Origin: an uncultured bacterium
Lineage (GTDB): Bacteria; CSSED10-310; CAZUFC01
DNA length: 64,000 bases
Reading direction: 5' to 3'
Assembly: GCA_964619725.1 (NCBI GenBank)
Contig: CAZUFC010000028.1
Location: forward strand, 1-64,000
The position numbers and the translations under genes were made by a program. Positions 19,539 through 29,076 of this stretch are shown in pieces. The notes below the pieces were generated by a model. That model ran no database searches, was not told the DNA's origin, and was given only the letters and a program-made list of their open reading frames with translations. Numbering within the stretch: the stretch's first letter is position 1; each line of letters opens with the position of its first letter.

Positions 19539-20384
19539 TCACAAATAGTCGCTGAAATAAGAAGGCACAGCGAAAGCCGCCTTATGAACATCAGGATTAT
19601 AGTATCTGGTTTCAATATTCTGCTGCAGCCACCTTCGGTTGAGAGCGGATTCGTCGCAGGCGTCAATTCTTGCAGAGGCATAAGACAAAGTCCAGGGGGC
19701 GTTAGAGTAGGATGGAACGGACAGAAAGTAAGGGGCGCTGACGTCAAAAACGCGGCTGATGACATGGAATATTTCGGCGGTTTTCTGCGTTTCATAAAGA
19801 GATGAACCTATTTGTGCGGTCATAATTCCGTTGTTTTTGAGAACGTAACTAGCGTTTCGATAAAAATCTTCTGTGAACAATGTCACGCCCGGACCGACCG
19901 GGTCTGTCGAATCCACGATCATAACGTCAAAACGTTCATCCGTTTCTTTAATGAATTGAAGTCCGTCCGCGCATATAAACTCGACCTTAGGAGACTCAAA
20001 AGAGGACGACACCTCCGATAAATATTCCCTGGAAACCTTTACTACTTCTTCATCAATATCAATTATTCTGACCGACTCGACAGTATCATGCTTTAGAACC
20101 TCCCTTGCCGCTCCCCCGTCTCCTCCGCCGATAATAATAACGCGTTGGGGGTTGGGATGAGCGAAAAGCGGGACATGAACGATCATTTCATGATAGATAA
20201 ATTCATCAAATTCTGTCAGCATAACAGTATCGTCAATGATCAGCATTCTTCCGAATTCGATGGATTCCGCTATCTGAATTCGTTGATGAGGGCTTTGGCG
20301 GGTATGTAAAATGCCTTGGATTTTAATCTGTAAACGAGACGTTTTCGTATTATGTTCAACGAACCAGAGCCCATCTTGCATCAT
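19539..20384 (-). CDS. speE: Polyamine aminopropyltransferase (spermidine synthase)
   Basis: DEFIYHEM, IIGGGDGG, DVMIVDSTDPVGP; adjacent to speD. Confidence 0.95.
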   Translation of the reverse strand: MMQDGLWFVEHNTKTSRLQIKIQGILHTRQSPHQRIQIAESIEFGRMLIIDDTVMLTEFDEFIYHEMIVHVPLFAHPNPQRVIIIGGGDGGAAREVLKHDTVESVRIIDIDEEVVKVSREYLSEVSSSFESPKVEFICADGLQFIKETDERFDVMIVDSTDPVGPGVTLFTEDFYRNASYVLKNNGIMTAQIGSSLYETQKTAEIFHVISRVFDVSAPYFLSVPSYSNAPWTLSYASARIDACDESALNRRWLQQNIETRYYNPDVHKAAFAVPSYFSDYL

Positions 20385-20406
20385 TAATCAACCCGTGCAA
20401 ACTCAG

Positions 20407-20796
20407 TCAAGTCGGTTTGTGTGACAACGAACCCGCAGGTCTGTCCGCAAATATTCCTCTTTTAAATTCATTCTGTGAAGTTGATCCTGCCTGCAGTTCC
20501 GTCTTCAAAAAATCGTAGGCATTCCAGGGGTCTATTGTGTTGCCGCATGTAAAAAAGTCCACGGCGGCATAGCCATATTCGGGCCAGGTATGGATTGAAA
20601 GGTGTGATTCAGCGATTATAATCACTCCGCTGACTCCATATTCATCGAAATTTATAAAAGGAGATACGTAACGAATCGAAGCCTCCATTTTTTCGGCCGC
20701 TTTCGTCATAATTTCTTTTAATCGCTCAGCATCTTTCAGGATGCGAACATCGCAATCAAAATAATCTAATAAAACATGTCTGCCCAAAGCATCCAA
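20407..20796 (-). CDS. speD: S-adenosylmethionine decarboxylase proenzyme (class 1B)
   Basis: LGRH...GVSGVIIIAE|SHLSIHTWPEYGYAAVDFFTCG self-cleavage motif; TTG start at 20796 after GGAGAAGG. Confidence 0.95.
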   Translation of the reverse strand: MDALGRHVLLDYFDCDVRILKDAERLKEIMTKAAEKMEASIRYVSPFINFDEYGVSGVIIIAESHLSIHTWPEYGYAAVDFFTCGNTIDPWNAYDFLKTELQAGSTSQNEFKRGIFADRPAGSLSHKPT

Positions 20797-21107
20797 TTTT
20801 CCTTCTCCGACGTTTATGGTTAACCTCTTATTCCTTTTATCGCGCCCGGCGTTATGTTTCAAATTCCCGGTTATTAATATGAGATCGCTGGGCGACAGGC
20901 ACGAAAAACTGTTTAACATATTCAAAAGGTTACTGTCAATAATATTATCGAAAAGAATTCAATTTTCAGGCTTCTCCGCAATGCATCCATGGCGGCTGCG
21001 CAACGAAAATCTGGAAGCGAACAAGAAATCGCCTTGCAAAACAACGATTCTTAATGTAATAGTTACACTCCGAAGAGAAAGCGCTTTTGAAGAGGATGGA
21101 GGTTGGC

Positions 21108-22211
21108 ATGAACGATAAAAACAAGATATATTCAATCATAATGGCAGGGGGACAGGGAAAGCGTTTTTGGCCGTTAAGCCGCAGCAATCGGCCGAAACAG
21201 TTTTTAAAATTATTGGGTGATCGTTCTTTGCTGGCTGAAACCTTTCATCGTCTTTATCCAGAGATTTCCACTGAGAATGAAGTTCTAATCGTCACTCACG
21301 CAGATTACGTCGATCTGGTAAAAAAGGATATTGAAATATTGCCTCCTGAAAATATTCTGATTGAACCGCAGGGTAAAAACACCGGTCCCGCCGTCGGTTA
21401 CTCGTGCGTTCCGGTATTAAATTGCGATCCTGAAGCGGTTGTAGCCGTATTTCCATCTGATCATGTTATAAGACCAAGATCAGAATTTCAGGACGCTATC
21501 CGATTGGCAGCCGACAAAGCGGCACGGGAAGAATGCATAGTAACCCTGGGGATACCGCCCACGAGTCCGGCCACGGGTTACGGATATATTGAAATTGCCG
21601 AAGCTGTTCAGGAAAATTCTGCGGAGATTCACGAAGTTCTGGCATTCACGGAGAAACCGGATTTGTCGAAAGCCGTTGAATACTTTAAAAGCAACCGGTA
21701 TTTCTGGAATTCGGGCATATTCATTTTCCAGGTCAAAGCCGTTCTGCGAGCTTTTCAAAAACTTTTACCGCAAGTGTATGATGGGATGATTACGTTGCTC
21801 GACAACTGGAACAAGGCGAAAAAGGATGAAATTATTGAAGATTGCTTCAAGAAGTTTGATTTTGTATCATTTGATGTGGGTATAATGAATCATTATTCTC
21901 CGATTTATACTATTCCCGCAAATTTTTATTGGAACGACGTCGGCGATTTCAGTTCATTTTTCGACGAATTAAGGTCCATGGGCAAAGCGAAAGATCAGAA
22001 CAACATCTCGAACAAAGATATTTTTTTCATGGATTGCAGAAACGCTGCAGTACACGCCAAGGAACGTTTCGGCGTGGTGATAGGTTGTGAAGATGTAGTG
22101 ATTATCGATACCCCCGACGTTTTTCTGGTTTGCGATAAAGATAAAACGCAGGAAATCAATAAAGTAGTGAATAAATTGAGCTCAGACTCTGAAACAATAA
22201 AGTATACTTGA
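21108..22211 (+). CDS. manC: Mannose-1-phosphate guanylyltransferase
   Basis: IMAGGQGKRFWPLSR...PKQF, EPQGKNTGPA, PSDH, TGYGYI, FTEKP, WNSGIF, WNDVG. Confidence 0.93.
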   Translation: MNDKNKIYSIIMAGGQGKRFWPLSRSNRPKQFLKLLGDRSLLAETFHRLYPEISTENEVLIVTHADYVDLVKKDIEILPPENILIEPQGKNTGPAVGYSCVPVLNCDPEAVVAVFPSDHVIRPRSEFQDAIRLAADKAAREECIVTLGIPPTSPATGYGYIEIAEAVQENSAEIHEVLAFTEKPDLSKAVEYFKSNRYFWNSGIFIFQVKAVLRAFQKLLPQVYDGMITLLDNWNKAKKDEIIEDCFKKFDFVSFDVGIMNHYSPIYTIPANFYWNDVGDFSSFFDELRSMGKAKDQNNISNKDIFFMDCRNAAVHAKERFGVVIGCEDVVIIDTPDVFLVCDKDKTQEINKVVNKLSSDSETIKYT

Positions 22212-22229
22212 AGTTGAAAGGAGCTTTAA

Positions 22230-23351
22230 ATGAAAAATGACAAACTCAGATTAACAGCGATATTCGTATTAATCGTTTCTGCATCATGGCTTTTCGCCTG
22301 TTCTTCTGAAGAAAAAAAATCAAGGGGGAAAGACATATCGGAAATGATCGATCCTTATAAAAAAGGTGAAACCTCAGTTCAAAAGCGCGAGGTCCCTGAA
22401 GCGCCTGAGTCGTCGGTGAAGAAGCAATCGTCGGAGCGTGAAAAAGCATCCGATGAAAAGCTGGATATTGCGGCGAGAATAAACGGTACGCCTATACCCA
22501 TGAGCCGAGTCGATGAAGAAGTAGAAAAATTAACCAATAAATTTCACGAAAAAATGCCTCAATTGAAGTTTTCTGAAGCGCAACTCAAAAATATGCAAAA
22601 GGATTTTTTGAATCGCATTATCCAGAAGGAAGTGCTGCTTGGAGAATGTGATCGGCGCAACATTGCGGTGACTGAGGAGGAAATTGACAGCAAAATCGAC
22701 GGGGTTAAAAAATTATTCGGAGATTCGCCGGAAGCGAAGAAGCGTTTTGAAGAAGGCATAGATGACATGGAGAAATTCAGAGAAGAAGTGAGGAAACAAG
22801 CCAGGATCGATAAATTGCTGAATCAAATTGTTCCGGAAGAGTTAGGTTATACCGACGACGATTTGAAAGCCTTTTTCGAGGAAAACAAAGAAAGATTTCA
22901 GGAGAGACCCAAAGCGAAAGTCGAACAAATTTTCATTAAATTCGATGAAACGGATGAAGCGAGCAAAGAGGAAGCAGAAAAACGAGCCGAAGAAATACTA
23001 CAAGAGTTGAAAAGCGGCGGAAATTTCAACGAACTGGCGAAGAAACATTCTGATGACACCCAAACTGCAGAAAAAGGCGGAGATATGGGATACGTCGAGA
23101 AGGGACGACTGTTTCCTCAGTTCGATGAAGTCGTTTTTTCGATAGAGCTGAATAAAATCAGCGACATAATCGAGACGTCGATCGGTTATCATATCATAAG
23201 AGTACTTGAAAGGACCGAACCTGAAGAAGCCAGTTTCGAAGATATGAAAGAGCAAGTGGAAAAGACGTTCAAACACCGGAAGACAAAAACGATAAAAGAT
23301 GAATTCATCGAAAAGATGAAGAACGAAGCTGATATAGAAATCTATTTATAG
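22230..23351 (+). CDS. PrsA/SurA-like parvulin PPIase lipoprotein
   Basis: Lipobox LFAC; SurA-N-like region; FNELAKKHSDD...GGDMG...GYHII. Confidence 0.9.
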   Translation: MKNDKLRLTAIFVLIVSASWLFACSSEEKKSRGKDISEMIDPYKKGETSVQKREVPEAPESSVKKQSSEREKASDEKLDIAARINGTPIPMSRVDEEVEKLTNKFHEKMPQLKFSEAQLKNMQKDFLNRIIQKEVLLGECDRRNIAVTEEEIDSKIDGVKKLFGDSPEAKKRFEEGIDDMEKFREEVRKQARIDKLLNQIVPEELGYTDDDLKAFFEENKERFQERPKAKVEQIFIKFDETDEASKEEAEKRAEEILQELKSGGNFNELAKKHSDDTQTAEKGGDMGYVEKGRLFPQFDEVVFSIELNKISDIIETSIGYHIIRVLERTEPEEASFEDMKEQVEKTFKHRKTKTIKDEFIEKMKNEADIEIYL

Positions 23352-23470
23352 CCGGCGCCGCCCTGAAAACTCGCAGCGCCTCTTGATCTTTACATTAAGC
23401 CAAGCTGTCGAGTCGGCGTTTGAGTCTACATTCGAATGCCGAATGAAATTTTACTGCCGTAGAGGTATTT

Positions 23471-24268
23471 TTATTTCTGGGAATTCTGAAAAAGTTCCGG
23501 ATTGGAATCGTTGCCGTTCGCCTTCTTGTTTTTGTTGTTCGCAGATTGTTTTTTATCAGGGGTTTCGGCACTGTTCCCGGAATGGTCCGGTGATTTGCCC
23601 TGTTCTGTTCCAGTTTTTTTATTCATTTCGCTGAATTTTGTCTGAACCTTGGCTGAATTTTTTTTCTGACGGGCAACATTATTTTTTTCACCGTTCGCTG
23701 CTTTATTATCCTCGTCAGATACTTCAGGAGCTTCCGGCTTTTTTTCAGCAGAAGCTGCATCTTGCATTTCGACTTTGCCTTTGAAGACAGCGCCTTCGGA
23801 AATGATTATTTTTTCGGATCGAATATCCCCGATCATAGACCCTTGAGCGCTGAGGATCATTTTTTTTCGTGCATTGACATTTCCGACTAATCTTCCTTCC
23901 ACATTGACGACGTCAGCTTCAATATCCGCTTCAACATTGCCGTTTCTCATGATGGTAAGGTCTCTTTCCAGAATGATTTCACCTTCAAATCGCCCGTCAA
24001 TCTTGACGTTTCCGTTTCCTCTTAATTCACCTTTAAAAGAAATATCTTTTCCGAAAACAGTCGTACTTGCCTCCCTGATAGGAGGAGCGGAATTCCGAAC
24101 AGAGGAAGGAGATTTTGCAAACGAAGGTCTTCTTGAAAAATCGGCTGATGTGGGTTTCCCGGTCATTTTTTTCTCCGATTCCGTTTTTCTGGCTGCTGGT
24201 ACGGGTTTGTATTCTTTATCTTCAAACCCGTTTTCTTTTGTTTTTTTATCAAAAAATTTAAAAGCCAT
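23471..24268 (-). CDS. Bactofilin (polymer-forming cytoskeletal protein)
   Basis: FGKDISFKGEL...IDGRFEGEI...VEGRLVGNV...GDIRS...EGAVFKGKVEM beta-helix with disordered flanks. Confidence 0.9.
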   Translation of the reverse strand: MAFKFFDKKTKENGFEDKEYKPVPAARKTESEKKMTGKPTSADFSRRPSFAKSPSSVRNSAPPIREASTTVFGKDISFKGELRGNGNVKIDGRFEGEIILERDLTIMRNGNVEADIEADVVNVEGRLVGNVNARKKMILSAQGSMIGDIRSEKIIISEGAVFKGKVEMQDAASAEKKPEAPEVSDEDNKAANGEKNNVARQKKNSAKVQTKFSEMNKKTGTEQGKSPDHSGNSAETPDKKQSANNKNKKANGNDSNPELFQNSQK

Positions 24269-24420
24269 GTCTTGTCTTTCCTCCGATTTGATTCTGCTTT
24301 GCCCGGGAATGACTGCCGGGTATCAAAGAATCCGAAATTTTTCCGGAAGCATAAATTGTCGAGCTTTCCAATTCATGATCGAGAATCCAGGAAGAAGAGC
24401 TCTTACAATTATAAAGAGAA

Positions 24421-24493
24421 AGCGGGCAACGGGGTTCGAACCCGCGACACCGAGCTTGGGAAGCTCGTACTCTACCAACTGAGCTATGCCCGC
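24421..24493 (-). tRNA. tRNA-Gly (anticodon CCC)
   Basis: GCGGGCATAGCTCAGTTGGTAGAGTACGAGCTTCCCAAGCTCGGTGTCGCGGGTTCGAACCCCGTTGCCCGCT folds to a cloverleaf; CCA not encoded. Confidence 0.97.
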
Positions 24494-24509
24494 ACGATTT
24501 GGCAAAATT

Positions 24510-24537
24510 ATTATAGCAAGTCAGGGGATCATTTCAA
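24510..24537 (-). promoter_or_regulatory. Putative sigma-70 promoter of tRNA-Gly
   Basis: Minus strand TTGAAA-N16-TATAAT, 16 nt upstream of the tRNA 5' end. Confidence 0.6.
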
Positions 24538-26772
24538 GTCTTTTATTTCATTTTCGACATCGCGAAAGTGCTGGTCCTGGCTTTTAATTTTCTGGAATGT
24601 GCGCAGGGCATCCTTCAACCTGCCGGTTTGTTTATAAATGAGCGCCAGCTCATAGTTCAAGCCCATCACTTTATCTTTATCGTTGTGCACTTGCTCTATG
24701 GCTTGCGTCAGGAGCTGAACAGCTTCATCCTCCTCATTTTTTTCAATATAACACCTGGCGAGGTTGATGACGCTTTCCAGGAAAATATCGGGACTTTTTG
24801 CAGACAATTTAAATTCACTGATGGCTTCATCAATGAGTCCCATTTCCAGATAAGCTATTCCCAGATCATATCTGGTTTCATAATCTTCAGCGCTGACCTT
24901 TCTGTCAATTCCTTTTCTGAATTCGTCCACAACCTGATTCACATCCACATCGGTTTGAATGCCTACGGGAGCATCCACGCGAATTTCATCCGCATGCAAT
25001 TCCGAAGGGAAAATCGATTCATCGAACATCTCATTCTCAGGAACGCTTTTCAGGATGTCTTCGGTATTTTTATTTTTAGATAACTGCGTCATCAATTCAT
25101 TAGCCAGCTCATGATCCGGTTTTACCTGTAGAATCTCATTCAGCGTTTGTGCAGCGAGTTCCGGTTCATTTTCTTTAATCCACTGTTTGGCGAGGAATTC
25201 TGCATGTTTAACAAAAGATTCAATATCGTCTTTTGATTTATAGATATTCTTCAGACCCTGGTGAGCTCCCGGATCGGTGAAATCGATTTTCAGGATTTCC
25301 TGGAACCTGTTTATCGCGTTGTCAATCAAGTTATATTTTATAAAAACGTCAGCTTCGTTCCTAAGTTCATCAATCATATTTTTCTGTTTGCGCGTCAGAA
25401 CCGGAGCGAACCCTTTTTTTCTCCTTTCCGCTTCCGGCCGTTTCAGCCCCTGGAATTCCACGCCGAATGTTTCGTCGTAATCCGGCAATTCCATTTCTTC
25501 ATCGGTCTTTTCCATTTCAACTTTTTTTTCGATTTCATGCGACGGAGTTTTCTGCGGCGCTTTTGAAACAGGTTCCGGTTCAATGAAAACCGGTTTTTTC
25601 CCCAGCTCCCTGGCTAATTCAAAATAATTTTTCCGGTAAGCCTGGATTTCCGGATTGGCGCGATAAAGACGCTCGCTTAATTTAAAAGCCTCTCCCACAT
25701 TTCCTTCTTTTCTGTATTCATCAATGACGGCAAGAGATTCCTCCTCTGCCCTCTCCAGCATCCCCAGTCTTTGAAAAACAAGAGCGATCTTTCTGCGAAC
25801 TCTCTTATCCGACGGTTCTGCCTCTCTCATTTGCTGAAGTATTTTTAAGGCCTTTTCGTATTGTTCGTTCTCCATATACTTCTGGAGAATGCTGTTCAGA
25901 TACTTGTAACCCTTCTCATATTTTCCGATTGAAAGAAGAAGTCTTCCGACGATTTCCTGAACGTCTTCATTTTGCGGCTGTAATTTAAGGATTTTTAGGA
26001 ATGCGGTCAGAGCCGCTTCGGTACGGCCTTCTTGAATATAAGTTTTACCGAGTGTAAAAAGAGCTTCAATATCATCTGGAAAAAGACGCAATATTTTCTG
26101 CAGGGTGTCGATAACCAGGTCATTGCGGCCGGAATGCATATAGATGGAGACTATTCCTTTTAAGGAGCTGGTTTCAGTGGGGTCCAGATTGAAAGCTTTT
26201 TTGTAATAGGTAAAAGCTTTCTGAATTTCGCCCTTTCGAAAGTAGCCCTCGCCGACTTTGATATATTCGCTTGCAGCTTTATCGGGCATGGCCTGCCGGT
26301 CGTACATTTCTCCAATTTTAATTCTGACTTCCAGGTTGGAGGGGTCCAGCGCAGCAATTTGTCTGTAACTTTCCAGCGCCTTATCCAGATTCATTTTGTT
26401 TTCGTAGTGACGAGCCAGTATTTGAATCTGCTCAATGGCATCTCGAATAAGCCCCTGATCTGAATAAAGCTGGGCCAGCTTGGAGTAAACTTCAGTTCTG
26501 GAGGAATCGAGCCGTAAGATTTTTCTATAAAGCGCGATAGCTTTAGGCATAAATTCGCGCGTTTCGTAATATTCGGCAGCTACGAGAAAATTTTCCACTG
26601 CTTTCGGTATGTCACCCTTGTTCAGATACAGTTCACCAATGCTATTGTACAGGCTGGTTTCGCCGTAATCATCCTGAGACAATTTTTCGTATTCCGCAAT
26701 AGCTTTGTCCCATTGTTTTTTAGCGACATGCCTTTCGGCGCTTTTCAATATTTTCTTTTTATTGGTCGGCAT
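24529..26772 (-). CDS. Large cytoplasmic TPR protein with FimV-like C-terminal TPR
   Basis: Many TPRs; C-terminal DYETRYDLGIAYLEMGLIDEAISEF; GGAG RBS before ATG 26772. Confidence 0.8.
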   Translation of the reverse strand: MPTNKKKILKSAERHVAKKQWDKAIAEYEKLSQDDYGETSLYNSIGELYLNKGDIPKAVENFLVAAEYYETREFMPKAIALYRKILRLDSSRTEVYSKLAQLYSDQGLIRDAIEQIQILARHYENKMNLDKALESYRQIAALDPSNLEVRIKIGEMYDRQAMPDKAASEYIKVGEGYFRKGEIQKAFTYYKKAFNLDPTETSSLKGIVSIYMHSGRNDLVIDTLQKILRLFPDDIEALFTLGKTYIQEGRTEAALTAFLKILKLQPQNEDVQEIVGRLLLSIGKYEKGYKYLNSILQKYMENEQYEKALKILQQMREAEPSDKRVRRKIALVFQRLGMLERAEEESLAVIDEYRKEGNVGEAFKLSERLYRANPEIQAYRKNYFELARELGKKPVFIEPEPVSKAPQKTPSHEIEKKVEMEKTDEEMELPDYDETFGVEFQGLKRPEAERRKKGFAPVLTRKQKNMIDELRNEADVFIKYNLIDNAINRFQEILKIDFTDPGAHQGLKNIYKSKDDIESFVKHAEFLAKQWIKENEPELAAQTLNEILQVKPDHELANELMTQLSKNKNTEDILKSVPENEMFDESIFPSELHADEIRVDAPVGIQTDVDVNQVVDEFRKGIDRKVSAEDYETRYDLGIAYLEMGLIDEAISEFKLSAKSPDIFLESVINLARCYIEKNEEDEAVQLLTQAIEQVHNDKDKVMGLNYELALIYKQTGRLKDALRTFQKIKSQDQHFRDVENEIKDLK

Positions 26773-26914
26773 TTGTCTCCTTCCATGCACTCATATTTTC
26801 TCAGGATATGTAACCAAAAATCGCCCCTTTAGTCAAACTATTTGAAGCAAAAAAGGTCAAGGCCGTCAATTTCATCACAGACTAAGGCATTAAAGGCTAT
26901 TCGGCTTATCTGAT

Positions 26915-28393
26915 TCATTTATTTTCCGCGCTGTTCAATTGAACGGCATCTTTCATTTTTTTCGAAGATGACCGTTTGGTTCTCTTGTGGAATCCCCCTG
27001 ATCTCAAGGCCTCTTTAACGGCTCTTGTCAAACTGATGTTCCACCGTTTAGCATAAATGGAAAGAAAGGTAAGCCGATGGATCATCAGAAACAGTGGATT
27101 CGGCGGTAATTTAACAAGTTTTTTAACGATTGCGAAAGTCCAGGGCCATCGAAAAACCACATAAAAAAACTTATGAAAATTAACGCTCCGATTTATATCT
27201 TTTTGTTTGAGAATGCTTTTATTGTGATAGTTCGGATCGATTTCACCACAGTCTATTTTTCCGACTTTATCGGATTTTTGAAGCATATCGCCGAGTTGCG
27301 TACGGGGGTAGGGCTGAAAAATTGAACACCAAACGAAAGTCGGTTTTAAATTGAGGTTCATTTGAATAGTCTCTGAGGCGTTTTCGTATGTTTCGCCTGG
27401 AATTCCGAATATGTTCGTAGTGCAGAAATTCATGTTGTATTTTTTCAGCAGAGCGCCGGCTCTGATGATTTGTTCATTGGTTAAGGACTTTCTGAGGACT
27501 TCATTTCTCAATTTTTCATTTCCTGTTTCAATTCCGAAAATTACATTAATGCATCCTGCTTCTTTTAATCCCGAAATGATTTCTTCATCCATCAAATCAG
27601 CCCGAATGGAACATATGAAAGGTTTGCGGATATGTTCGGCATAAAGGCGATTGAAGCTGCGAAGCCACTGTTTTTGCGATCCGAAAAGATCATCTTCAAA
27701 TCGAAATGTTTTGACGGGGACCATATCTAAAATCTGTTGCAATTCCTCAATAACGTTTTCCGGGCTTCTTCGCCGGACGTATTTTCCTTTATTTTCGTAA
27801 AGTTTTTTAGAGCTGTGATTGAAGCAAAAAGCGCAATCGTAGGGACAGCCTCTTCCGCTAATAAGACGTTTAACGGGATTCTCATAAAGGTGTTTGTATT
27901 TATAATAGTCTGTTCTGTCGGGAAAAGGCAGCTCATCAAGATTATCAATCAACGGTCTGATATCGTTTTTAATTAATTTTCCGTCTCTCACGGTCCACAT
28001 ATTCCGGATTTTCGACGTATCGCCGCCTTGATCCAGGCAGTCCGCCAGGTCTTTGAGCGCTCCTTCCCCTTCTCCCCTGCAAACGAAATCAATGGAGGGT
28101 TCATTGATGATTTCGGGGAAGAAAGTAGCGTGAGGACCGCCTATGACGGTTTTAACTGATGAAGAATAGTTGTTTTTGATTAATTCGGCCAGGCTGACCA
28201 CCCAATGATGATAACCGGTGACCGCAGAAAATGCCGCTATATCCGGTTTGAACTTTCGTACTTCTTCCATCAATTGTTTTTCTTTGCCTATCCTCATCCG
28301 GCATTCGTGTCCATGTAGCTTCAGATAAGCAGAGAGAGACATAGAGCCGAGAAATTCAAACCATATCCTTTGTAAAAATATAATCCTGGCCAT
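26915..28393 (-). CDS. Cobalamin-binding radical SAM protein
   Basis: N-terminal B12-binding region (GGPHAT, GEGE); RGCPYDCAFC; GIETG. Confidence 0.92.
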   Translation of the reverse strand: MARIIFLQRIWFEFLGSMSLSAYLKLHGHECRMRIGKEKQLMEEVRKFKPDIAAFSAVTGYHHWVVSLAELIKNNYSSSVKTVIGGPHATFFPEIINEPSIDFVCRGEGEGALKDLADCLDQGGDTSKIRNMWTVRDGKLIKNDIRPLIDNLDELPFPDRTDYYKYKHLYENPVKRLISGRGCPYDCAFCFNHSSKKLYENKGKYVRRRSPENVIEELQQILDMVPVKTFRFEDDLFGSQKQWLRSFNRLYAEHIRKPFICSIRADLMDEEIISGLKEAGCINVIFGIETGNEKLRNEVLRKSLTNEQIIRAGALLKKYNMNFCTTNIFGIPGETYENASETIQMNLNLKPTFVWCSIFQPYPRTQLGDMLQKSDKVGKIDCGEIDPNYHNKSILKQKDINRSVNFHKFFYVVFRWPWTFAIVKKLVKLPPNPLFLMIHRLTFLSIYAKRWNISLTRAVKEALRSGGFHKRTKRSSSKKMKDAVQLNSAENK

Positions 28394-28399
28394 AGTTCT

Positions 28400-29071
28400 T
28401 TATTCGATCGGTTTCTCTGTTATGATCAACATGTTTTTTGCCAGAGGTTTAACTGGGGACATCAAATAAAGTCTGGTCAATAAAGCGGACTTGGGCAACC
28501 GGCTGTGAAAGGAAAACGGAATAAATTTGCCTTTTACGAGAATGTTTTTGAATCCCCTGGCCTTGAAATAGTCTTTAAGGGCAATATGCGTGAATATCTG
28601 TTTATGGGTATAATCATCGAAATATTCACGGTAAGCGTAACGAAAATTGGGCTGCATTACGATGAAACGGCCGCCGGGTTTCAAAATTCTCAAAACTCCG
28701 GATACAGTCGCTTCCATTTCTTCTCTTGTAAGATGTTCCAACAGAAAACTTTCGAATACCGTATCGAATTTCTCCGCTGGAAAAATTTCACCTATCTCTG
28801 TGCAACTGTTTAAATGAACGAAAGTTTTTTTGTCTGCATATTGCTTGACTATGCTTCCAACGTCGAGAGCGTGTTTTTCTCCTGCCTTAATATTATTAAT
28901 AAAAGTGCAATATCCCGCTCCCAATTCCAGGAGCGTTCCGTCTGAAGGGATGAATTTCTGCAAATAGGCCGCAATTTCTTTCCAGATGACGTTTCGGGCC
29001 GGATGCACCGATAACCGGGTTTGATAATAGCCTGAATCGACTTTTTTTTCTGTTTGTTCCATTTTATTCAT
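28400..29071 (-). CDS. Class I SAM-dependent methyltransferase
   Basis: LLELGAGYC motif I; LLEHL; LKPGG; FDDYTH. Confidence 0.88.
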   Translation of the reverse strand: MNKMEQTEKKVDSGYYQTRLSVHPARNVIWKEIAAYLQKFIPSDGTLLELGAGYCTFINNIKAGEKHALDVGSIVKQYADKKTFVHLNSCTEIGEIFPAEKFDTVFESFLLEHLTREEMEATVSGVLRILKPGGRFIVMQPNFRYAYREYFDDYTHKQIFTHIALKDYFKARGFKNILVKGKFIPFSFHSRLPKSALLTRLYLMSPVKPLAKNMLIITEKPIE

Positions 29072-29076
29072 AGAAA

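Noticed and set aside
24421-24493. tRNA-Gly as the integration site of a genomic island
   Set aside because: No integrase nearby and no duplicated tRNA 3' end noticed in the window.
24323-24505. 60-aa ORF and the overlapping ORFs 23874..24482 and 24272..24637
   Set aside because: They are translations across the tRNA gene or antisense to the bactofilin.
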